61,793 nucleotides of DNA from a virus (lineage: Duplodnaviria; Caudoviricetes). Shown in pieces: positions 18,910 through 26,915 of the stretch. Positions within the stretch are counted from its first letter, which is position 1. Each line of letters opens with the position of its first letter. Location of the stretch: positions 1 to 61,793 of the IMG/VR virus record IMGVR_UViG_3300042914_004341, one strand, 5' to 3'. The notes beneath the pieces were generated by a model, which was not told the DNA's origin, ran no database searches, and saw only the letters and a list, made by a program, of their open reading frames with translations. A program made the position numbers and the translations under genes.

Positions 18910-19858
18910 CAGCCTAATTCAAGAAGTTCGCGAATTAATAGATGAAAGTAATACAGCTGACGTCCAGGATTCCGAAATTCTCGCTTCGCTCAATAGGGCA
19001 AGCGATAGAGTCGCCAGCGTCCTTGCCCGCCACTACAACCCCCCGCTGCTGACCTCCGCGGATGTGACCATCGTGGCCGGCCAGACTGACTATGATATTC
19101 CGGACCAAGCCTTCGAGGGCCGGCTCCTGAAGGTGGAGTTCAGCGCCACAGAGGGTATCTACCAGCGCCTGGAGCCCATCGGCATCTCCGACATCGACCT
19201 GTACGAAGACACCAGCGCCACGGGCACCGCACCCTACTATTTCTGCCAGATTGGGAACCAGTATCGCCTCATTCCCGCGGCGCCCAACTTTGGCTCCCTG
19301 CGCATCTGGTATTGCCGCGACGTGGAGCCGCTTGTGCAGGAGCAGGGCCGCATCACCCTTGTGAACGCAGGCTCCAGATACGTGATGCTGGACGAGCCCG
19401 GCGACGAACTGTCCACCTCCGTGGATGACCTGGAGTCCTATGTCAATCTCGTGGACAAGGACACGGGCGCCATCAAGGCCACCATGCAAATCCAGTCCAT
19501 CGTGGACCGCAAGGTGACTTTCCGTGGGACACCCACACGCAGCACCGTGCAGGGGCGCACCGTGACGGGCACGCTCCCGTCCACTGTGGAGGCCGATGAT
19601 TACATCGCCCCCATCGCCGGCACCTGCGTGCCCTTCATGCGCAAACCCGCGGCCAACTACATCCTGCAATATGCCGCCGCCGACATCGCCGTGACGAAGC
19701 TGGGCGCGGAGCCCGGCATCCTGATGTCCCAGGTCTCGAAGATGGAAGAGGACGTGCAGCGGAGTTGGTCTGGAAGGCCAAACACCATCCGCGTCCGCAA
19801 CAGGTCCAACAACTGGCGTAGGAACCCCCGTTCGGGCGTCCTAGTGCTACGGAGGTAA
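18881..19858 (+). CDS. Head-tail adaptor / tail tubular protein A-like
   Basis: LIQEVRELIDE...EILASLNRA, VAGQTDYDIP, GTAPYYF...RLIPA...LRIWY pattern of podoviral adaptor proteins; position in the tail module. Confidence 0.7.
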   Translation: MVFQRRLTTNSLIQEVRELIDESNTADVQDSEILASLNRASDRVASVLARHYNPPLLTSADVTIVAGQTDYDIPDQAFEGRLLKVEFSATEGIYQRLEPIGISDIDLYEDTSATGTAPYYFCQIGNQYRLIPAAPNFGSLRIWYCRDVEPLVQEQGRITLVNAGSRYVMLDEPGDELSTSVDDLESYVNLVDKDTGAIKATMQIQSIVDRKVTFRGTPTRSTVQGRTVTGTLPSTVEADDYIAPIAGTCVPFMRKPAANYILQYAAADIAVTKLGAEPGILMSQVSKMEEDVQRSWSGRPNTIRVRNRSNNWRRNPRSGVLVLRR

Positions 19859-19863
19859 TACAT

Positions 19864-20019
19864 ATGCCGCTCATGAAGGGAAGTGGGAAAAAGGCCATCT
19901 CGGCCAATATACGCGAACTCAAGAAAGCAAACGAAGATAAGCCTGAGGGCAAAAAACGGCCCATGCGGCAAATACTGGCCATCGCACTGAGCACGGCCCG
20001 CAAAGAGAAAAAGGACTGA
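19864..20019 (+). CDS. Small basic phage protein (MPLxKG...ISxNIREL...AIALS type)
   Basis: Not in the ORF track (51 aa); RBS GGAGG; MPLMKGSGKKAISANIRELKKANEDKPEGKKRPMRQILAIALSTARKEKKD. Confidence 0.75.
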   Translation: MPLMKGSGKKAISANIRELKKANEDKPEGKKRPMRQILAIALSTARKEKKD

Positions 20020-20023
20020 CCAC

Positions 20024-20443
20024 ATGGCAGAACAAGAAGGCGTCTTCCCCAAGCTCAAGCGTTTCAAGGCCCGCACACAGGCCGCGGTGGATTCCAAGAT
20101 GCAGGAAATTGCGAACCGCGCCAATGAAGCGGGCTACCCAAATCTCGGTGCAGGCGTGGCCGCCGCCGGCTCCACGCTTGCCGGCGAGGCCCTGGACTAC
20201 GTGCCGGAGAATCCCGCAGACGCAGCAATGTCTGCCGCAGGGCCCCTGGGTCGCAAGCTCAAGGGCATGGGTCGGATAATCCCGGACTCCATGAGCAAGC
20301 AGTTGGAAGCTCTGGCGAAGGAGAAGGGCATCCCCCTCCAGGAGCTGGAGAAGAAGGTGAAGCAGCTGTTCCCCGAGAAGATGGAGAAGCCTGGACCTTT
20401 CGACCGCGGCGGCTACCGCCGGCCACTGGAAAAAGGTGAGTGA
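20024..20443 (+). CDS. Hypothetical protein
   Basis: 139-aa ORF in a tight operon with typical codon usage. Confidence 0.65.
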   Translation: MAEQEGVFPKLKRFKARTQAAVDSKMQEIANRANEAGYPNLGAGVAAAGSTLAGEALDYVPENPADAAMSAAGPLGRKLKGMGRIIPDSMSKQLEALAKEKGIPLQELEKKVKQLFPEKMEKPGPFDRGGYRRPLEKGE

Positions 20444-20687
20444 TATGGAAAAGGACAAACTCCCAAAACACTGGCGTGGCCTGCTGAAACGGAAGCAGCA
20501 GGAGCTTGAGGAAAGCCTGGGCAAAGGTCTGGACAAAGCCATTCAGACACTGGTGCCCAAGCCCGAGAATTACAACCCAGAAACGGACAGCTACGACATG
20601 GACTACCTGGAAGAAGGTGTCTACGCCCAGCCAAAGCGCACCCCGGCCCGCCCCCTGCGTGGCCTTGCCAAGGAACCTAGAGCATGA
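20436..20687 (+). CDS. Hypothetical protein
   Basis: Overlaps both neighbours in operon fashion. Confidence 0.6.
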   Translation: MSDMEKDKLPKHWRGLLKRKQQELEESLGKGLDKAIQTLVPKPENYNPETDSYDMDYLEEGVYAQPKRTPARPLRGLAKEPRA

Positions 20688-21211
20688 GCGAGAAGACCAC
20701 AGACACCGAAGTACGCCGGGCGAGTGAAAGGGCCTGGGGCCCACGCGGGCGCATCCAGCGCATCCTCCGCGATGCCGGGCTGGCCCACAAGGGCAAGGCC
20801 GGCATGGTGGACCCGCGGGACCCGGAGGGCACAGTGCGCGTGGCGGAGTCCCCCGACCTGGAGGGCCCCGAGGCAGTGCCAAGGCTCCGCGACCTGACGC
20901 TGCTCCATGAGGCGGGCCACATGGTGGAGCGCGACGATTTGCACAGCCTCGGCGGCAAGGTGCAGGCAGCCCGCAAGAGTTTCCTCGGCCTTGGTCCGAA
21001 GGTCCAGAAGGCAGAAATGGAACGCATGCGGAGGGAGCCGAGCTTCGCAGACCGCGCCTTCGAGGAGGCCGTGAAGCAGGCCGAGGAGTACCGGCGGGAC
21101 AGAACCGGCGCCCTGGGGGCCATACGGAAGGCCCTGGATAGGGTCTCGGGTACGCCGCGGGATGACGAATCCCTCTCAGACTTCGTGATGCGGAGGACGG
21201 GGAAGAAGTAG
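20684..21211 (+). CDS. Putative zincin-like metallopeptidase-domain protein
   Basis: TLLHEAGH (HExxH) motif. Confidence 0.55.
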   Translation: MSEKTTDTEVRRASERAWGPRGRIQRILRDAGLAHKGKAGMVDPRDPEGTVRVAESPDLEGPEAVPRLRDLTLLHEAGHMVERDDLHSLGGKVQAARKSFLGLGPKVQKAEMERMRREPSFADRAFEEAVKQAEEYRRDRTGALGAIRKALDRVSGTPRDDESLSDFVMRRTGKK

Positions 21212-21235
21212 GGCTAAGCCCCCAGCTTTGTTAGT

Positions 21236-21292
21236 TTGGTAAGGATACCCCTACTCCTCCCTGCGGTCGTCGTGTTCCTCCGGAACCTCCTC
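21236..21292. repeat. Long dispersed repeat copy 2
   Basis: 55/57 identical to 599-655; intergenic, upstream of the large tail gene. Confidence 0.95.
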
Positions 21293-21418
21293 TCTGCGGC
21301 CGGAAGGCCCGCTCCTGTCCTGCCTGGCCCTCCCCTGTCTGGCGTGCTACAGTCTCCGCAATGCAGTGCCGGACATGCCCGGCCTGCCTCCGCGCACACG
21401 CCTGGGAGACGCATAGTC

Positions 21419-24400
21419 ATGGCCATTCAGTACCAAAGCATTGTCGAAAAAGCATTCACCCGTGGCATCAACCAACTCGCAGCCGAAGCCGCCATCCCGG
21501 CCGGGCATATCGAAGACTGCCTCAACGCGGACGCAGCCCCCGAGGGCCAGCTTGAGAAACGTAAAGGTTTCGAGACCCATGGCTGGCTCCCGCTGCGCGT
21601 CGTGAGTGTGGAGCAGACCGCCGGTGCCCTTGGTCCCATCTGCTTCACTCTTGATGGCTCCATCGACGTAAGCCAACTCAAGCCAGCCCCTATCATTGTG
21701 CAAGGTCGCGCCAACTTCGGTACCAGTGGTTACGACTTCGACACCACCGCTGGTTATCGCTACTACTCCACATTCTCTGTGGACGTTAGGAAAACCTTTA
21801 CGGCACTGTCTACCACGTCCCAAACCCTCACTGCAGATGAACACGGGATTGGGAATGCTACCGTGATGCTCGGCATTGCAGAGTCCACGTCCGAGACGGC
21901 ACGCTCTAACTCGGTCATCATCCCCAACGCACAAAGTATCGACACGGGGACCTTCGACGTCACCACGGAAATTATCAACCCAGACCCAGACGACCTGAAG
22001 GCGTATATCTACGCCATTGACAACAGCAGCCTGGCGGGAGAGCGGTACACCACAACTTTTACTTCCCCCTATTCGCCAGGCATTGGCTACAACTACGTGG
22101 ACATCCTGGCAGCCACGCACGGTCTCACTGGCACGGACATCATGGTGCAGTGTTTCGGTATCTCCGGCACCACTGCCACCCTGTTTACTCCCGATGCCAT
22201 CCGAAACACAGGCGGTAACATCCAAATCCGTTGGACCACAGACCCCGCCACCACGGTCCGCGTGTGTCTTCGCAACATAGGCATGGCTCAAGTCGCCACG
22301 GGCACAGCCGTAGCAGGTGAAACTATCACGGTCACCTTCAGTGACCTCGAAACCCCCTTTGTCCTTGTGCAGCCCTACTTGGATGACAACGCAGGACTAC
22401 TCACTGCAGTAATCCCCGACAGCATCGTCGTGGATGCCGTGGCAAATACGGCTACGGTTACCTTCCAAAACAACACGGCATCGTCGGCCAGCTTCCGCGT
22501 ACTCCTGGAGTACGCCACTGCGCGTACGAACATTATTTGCGTCGAGCCGCATACTATTGCTGGTGTGGACGGGTCCGCCGGAGTCGGCTCCACTGCACTC
22601 ACACTCTGGGGCCTGGACCACGCCAGCATCTATGCCGAACCCCGCACAGGTAAACCGGGCTGGGTCACAAGCACCGACAGCTACAAATCCGAGGGTGATG
22701 CATATCTTTGTGCCACCCTGGGGTGGAACCTCTTCCGCGAGGCATCCCGCGTAGCCGAAGGTACTACCTACGGCATGCCCCGCAGGTACCCATACCTCCG
22801 GCATTTCGTGGCCCTGGACAGTACAATTGCCCCGTTGTTCCACGGCACAGGCGACACCGTGCTGCGGACACGTGGGGGGTACACTATTGACGGCGGGGCG
22901 GAGGGCTGGGCCGAAGTCACAAACTTCGCCTACAACGGCACAGCAGGACAAGCACAGGTCACGGTGTCCACCCCAAACCGAGTCACCACACTCAACTCGT
23001 CAGGCTCGGAGTCGGACCTGTATTACCCCGAAGATACCTCAGCCTGTGCTGACCTCCTCTCTCTGCGCTTCTCTGTGTACAGCCAGTTCGATGGGGCCTG
23101 GCCCGTCCTCTCCGTGAACTTCAGCTCGGCAAGCCAAATTGTATTCACCATCAGGATGCCCGACCTCGACAGCTCCGACTGGGATTTCACCAACCAAGGA
23201 CAGGCCGGGGTGTTTACAGACCGTATCCGCGTGGACAACGCATCTGTAGGAAACGGATACTGGCCTGCAGTCGGGGACACGCTATTCTCGCAGTCCTTGC
23301 CGTCTGGCGGCAGCTTGCAGGTGCAGGGTACTATCTCGGCCTATATTTTCGTGGGCCCCGTAACTGGCACCACTGAAATCCCCTACGGACAGACATGCCT
23401 CCTGCAGCACACTGGACGTGTCATTTCCTTGCGGGACAGCACTTCCACCATCACAGAAAACATAGACGATGTGGTGCCGGGGGACGTGCTCACCATCGAA
23501 GACCAGCCTACGCGGTATACCGTGCGGCGCATTTACAGGAACCCAGACCTAGTTGCGACAAGGTTGGACATAAACGCGGATGGTACGGCGGCCACATTCT
23601 ACGCGACTGCGGCGGACTTCACTCAGTACTTCTCGCCGGGGGACACCATCTTTGTGAGTCGCGCCGGGAGACTGTCCGGTGAGTGGATTGTGTCGGCAAT
23701 CGCAACCTCGCGCTCCATGACAGTCTACCCCCCAGCAGGCTCGACCCTGGCCGCGCTTCTCCCGACTTACGCAGGAGAGGCGGAAATCTTCTGCCGCTTG
23801 TACCCTCGCCACATGGAGCTGTCCCTGGAGGGCACTTTCATCGACTCTTACACGTCCAGCATCACCGTGGATGTGGCGTCCAGATTTGTCCCGGGCGAGG
23901 CAGCGGGTTCCACTTCGGACACGCTCCCAGCAAGCCTGCAGTACCAGCCAAGGCAATTCCGCGTGGACCCGTACTCTGACCAGGAACTGGTCCACAGCAC
24001 CATGGCCAACAACAACCTGTTCCTGACGAACTATCAGGACCCTATGCAGAAATGGGACGGCAACTACATCCTGCGTGCGGGCCTGCCCCGCTGGAATCCC
24101 GCCCTGTTCCTGGTGACCAGCACCACAGGCGGGGGGACCATTGCACTCCCATCAGGGACGGCCATTGCCGGCACCACAACCTCCGGGGTTTTCACCGCAA
24201 CTACGGCCAACCAGACGGAAGTCTTGCAGCCGGGACAAAAGGTCACGGCCACAAGCGGCGGCACACTGAGGGTCGTCACTGTGGCCACGGTAAACGCCAC
24301 CACAGGCGTAGTAACGTTCGTGGAACCGCAGAGCTTGAATGGCATCCCTGCGGGCACTACGAGTCTGACCACGCAGTCCCAAGCCACCTACAAGTACTAC

Positions 24401-26902
24401 TTCCGGGCCCACGCTGTGGATGCCAATGGCTTCGTCCTGGCCACAGCCTCCGCAGCCTCCGAGGACGTGCAGGTCCAAATCACGGGCACCACGGGCATCC
24501 TCCTGCGACTCCTAGGTATGCCAGTGTTCCCCGGCCTGGACTACGACCGCATCCGCGTGCGTATATATCGCACGGCCGGCACAGGGGTCCCGCCCTACTA
24601 CTTCATCGCCGAGCAAGACATGTACTTTGGCGCGGGGCACCGGTACAGCCAGGCAGAGGGCCGCTGCACCGGCAGCTACCTCGACATCCGTGACGCGGTG
24701 CCGGACCTGCTTCTGCAGCAAACACAGACCGACGCCCTGGCTCCCATCCTGTCGCAATCCGGGGCGGCCGGGGTCAGTTTCCCCACAGTGGAGCCCGTGC
24801 CCCGGGCCAAGTACATCACCACCATCGGGAACCAGGCGGCCTATGCCAACCTGAAAAGCAACCCGCGCATCCTGCTTCAACTCGTGGCACAGCCTTCCCA
24901 GACCTTCAACCTGTCTGAGTCCTGGCTCTACCGCGTGTCCTCTGCGTATGCGGGCACGTACACCGCGGACAATGCCAACGTATTCGGATTTCGGTTTGTG
25001 GAGTCCGCGGGGGTAGGCGGAAAGGTACAGACCATAAGCACTATCACCGTGGGTTCTGGCTACTTTGACGTATCCATCAGCGGTGTGGATGGGTCCATGA
25101 CCGCGGGACAATGGGTGTACCTGTGCCGCACTACAGCATCTACCGTCTCCCGCACCACGTTCATGGGCTGGTGGCAAGTGGCATCGACGCAGCAAGCCGG
25201 CAACACGGGCACGGCCACGCCCATGATTGTCCGTATCAACCTGTCTGGCATCTCGTCCTATACCTACAACGCAGGCAGTGATGTGACTACCGCGGTACTG
25301 GCGGGCGACCCCAACGTCCCCGCAGACATTAACTCCCACATTCCTGTGTACCTGGGGGCTGATTTCAACTACGACCGGCAGGAGTCTCGTCGCTCTGGTT
25401 CAAACAACTTGGATACCTTCCCATCCAATACGCTGTACTCGGTGACCACTCGGTTTGCCATGGCCTTCAATGTTGCCATGCGTGCGAGCACAGGCATCCC
25501 ATTTGCCACAGCCCAGGCTGGCGACACGTTCCCCACGGACGGTGCATCCGTGCTTCTGGAAATGGTGGACAACGCCTCCTTGACGGCGGAGGAGCAGCTT
25601 TATCCCACCCTAGAACTGGGATACACAGAGGACGTGGCCAACCGTGGTGGGTTCATCCTGTTTGCAAACGACGTGAGTCGCAGCCAGGATGCCACCATAA
25701 CTTCCGTGGAACTCCTGCGCCCGTCGCGCCTCCTTCTGGCCCTCCCCAACTACCCCGAGCTTGTGGATAATCCCTTCAGCGCGGACCCCGCCCGCACGCT
25801 CTCATGTGTGGACGTGAACCCCGCGGACGGGCAGGAAATCACCGGAATCATCCCGTTCTTCGGAGAGGCCGCTTTCGGTGGTGCCGTGACATCCGGGCAG
25901 CTTGTGGTGTTCAAAACCGACAGCATCTACTTGGTGGACCCCGCCACGCGGCAACTCGCCAAAGTGGAAAGCCAGGGCGTGGGCTGCGCGGCCCCGGGTT
26001 CCATCGCCGTGACACGCCAGGGCATCATCTTCGCCCACACCTCGGGCATCTTCCGCCTCACACGTGCACAGACTATCGAGCCTCTCGGGGCGAACCTGGA
26101 TAGGCTCTGGAGCCTGGTGACAGATACTTCCGCGGAGGCCCTGGCTGTGATGCAGGCCCACAACTACGCCGCCACGCGCCGCTATCGCCTATTCTTCCCG
26201 GCGCAGACGGATGCTGGTGACGAGGGTGACACCCCCCGGAACTCCGGCGCCTTCAGCTACGACTACACGGCGGAAGCCAAGGGCGAGCTGGGCGGCTGGT
26301 CTCGCTACGACAACCACGCAGTGACCAACGCCTGCAACCTTCTCAATGAAGCCTTTGCGGGAACCTGGACAGGCAAGGTGCTTCGGTTCCTGCAAGTGGA
26401 AGAGCCCGAGTCCTACCGCGATGACAACGCCCCCGTGGGCATGGTGCGGGCGTTCGACAGTGGTTCCGAGACCATCGAAGTCACGGGCTCCGGGATGCAA
26501 GTCACCACGCGGGCCCTGGACTTCGGCGACCCCTCCATACGTAAGAAGGTCCTCCACATCCTGCTCGGGTTCCGTCTGCCCGTGTCCTCGGATGGCACGG
26601 GGGTCAGTCTGACGGGCACCGTGGTATCCCAGGCCGTGGACCTCCAGGACAGCTTCACCACGCTGGACGCGGCCACCGTCGAGGCCAGCACCGTGCGTGA
26701 CGGGCTGTCATCTGAAGTCGGCGTAAAACAAAGGACAATTAGATACTCGCCAGCCACCAGCAAGGCGGTGTATCATCAGGTGCGTCTGGAGGACTTCCAG
26801 TTGAACGCGCCCGTAGTGTTGGTATCCTTGAGCTACCGCGTAACGGGTCTCTCCTCCAAGGGAACCACACAGGCGGCGAATACCTCCACCGCCCGGACGT
26901 AA
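21419..26902 (+). CDS. Very large tail nozzle/stabilisation-like protein (~1827 aa)
   Basis: N-terminal FTRGIN...CLNAD...GQLEKRKG and C-terminal LVVFKTDSIY, GVGCAAPGSIA, GGWSRY, TRALDFGDP..RKK resemble P22 gp10/T7 gp12-type propeller proteins; ATG 21419 preferred to the track's TTG inside the repeat. Confidence 0.7.
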   Translation: MAIQYQSIVEKAFTRGINQLAAEAAIPAGHIEDCLNADAAPEGQLEKRKGFETHGWLPLRVVSVEQTAGALGPICFTLDGSIDVSQLKPAPIIVQGRANFGTSGYDFDTTAGYRYYSTFSVDVRKTFTALSTTSQTLTADEHGIGNATVMLGIAESTSETARSNSVIIPNAQSIDTGTFDVTTEIINPDPDDLKAYIYAIDNSSLAGERYTTTFTSPYSPGIGYNYVDILAATHGLTGTDIMVQCFGISGTTATLFTPDAIRNTGGNIQIRWTTDPATTVRVCLRNIGMAQVATGTAVAGETITVTFSDLETPFVLVQPYLDDNAGLLTAVIPDSIVVDAVANTATVTFQNNTASSASFRVLLEYATARTNIICVEPHTIAGVDGSAGVGSTALTLWGLDHASIYAEPRTGKPGWVTSTDSYKSEGDAYLCATLGWNLFREASRVAEGTTYGMPRRYPYLRHFVALDSTIAPLFHGTGDTVLRTRGGYTIDGGAEGWAEVTNFAYNGTAGQAQVTVSTPNRVTTLNSSGSESDLYYPEDTSACADLLSLRFSVYSQFDGAWPVLSVNFSSASQIVFTIRMPDLDSSDWDFTNQGQAGVFTDRIRVDNASVGNGYWPAVGDTLFSQSLPSGGSLQVQGTISAYIFVGPVTGTTEIPYGQTCLLQHTGRVISLRDSTSTITENIDDVVPGDVLTIEDQPTRYTVRRIYRNPDLVATRLDINADGTAATFYATAADFTQYFSPGDTIFVSRAGRLSGEWIVSAIATSRSMTVYPPAGSTLAALLPTYAGEAEIFCRLYPRHMELSLEGTFIDSYTSSITVDVASRFVPGEAAGSTSDTLPASLQYQPRQFRVDPYSDQELVHSTMANNNLFLTNYQDPMQKWDGNYILRAGLPRWNPALFLVTSTTGGGTIALPSGTAIAGTTTSGVFTATTANQTEVLQPGQKVTATSGGTLRVVTVATVNATTGVVTFVEPQSLNGIPAGTTSLTTQSQATYKYYFRAHAVDANGFVLATASAASEDVQVQITGTTGILLRLLGMPVFPGLDYDRIRVRIYRTAGTGVPPYYFIAEQDMYFGAGHRYSQAEGRCTGSYLDIRDAVPDLLLQQTQTDALAPILSQSGAAGVSFPTVEPVPRAKYITTIGNQAAYANLKSNPRILLQLVAQPSQTFNLSESWLYRVSSAYAGTYTADNANVFGFRFVESAGVGGKVQTISTITVGSGYFDVSISGVDGSMTAGQWVYLCRTTASTVSRTTFMGWWQVASTQQAGNTGTATPMIVRINLSGISSYTYNAGSDVTTAVLAGDPNVPADINSHIPVYLGADFNYDRQESRRSGSNNLDTFPSNTLYSVTTRFAMAFNVAMRASTGIPFATAQAGDTFPTDGASVLLEMVDNASLTAEEQLYPTLELGYTEDVANRGGFILFANDVSRSQDATITSVELLRPSRLLLALPNYPELVDNPFSADPARTLSCVDVNPADGQEITGIIPFFGEAAFGGAVTSGQLVVFKTDSIYLVDPATRQLAKVESQGVGCAAPGSIAVTRQGIIFAHTSGIFRLTRAQTIEPLGANLDRLWSLVTDTSAEALAVMQAHNYAATRRYRLFFPAQTDAGDEGDTPRNSGAFSYDYTAEAKGELGGWSRYDNHAVTNACNLLNEAFAGTWTGKVLRFLQVEEPESYRDDNAPVGMVRAFDSGSETIEVTGSGMQVTTRALDFGDPSIRKKVLHILLGFRLPVSSDGTGVSLTGTVVSQAVDLQDSFTTLDAATVEASTVRDGLSSEVGVKQRTIRYSPATSKAVYHQVRLEDFQLNAPVVLVSLSYRVTGLSSKGTTQAANTSTART

Positions 26903-26915
26903 GAGGGTAAGCGAC

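Noticed and set aside
21236-21418. N-terminal extension [19 protein letters not shown] on the large tail protein, and ORF 599-988
   Set aside because: TTG start lies inside the repeat with no RBS; the nozzle-like sequence starts at ATG 21419; ORF 599-988 is low-complexity
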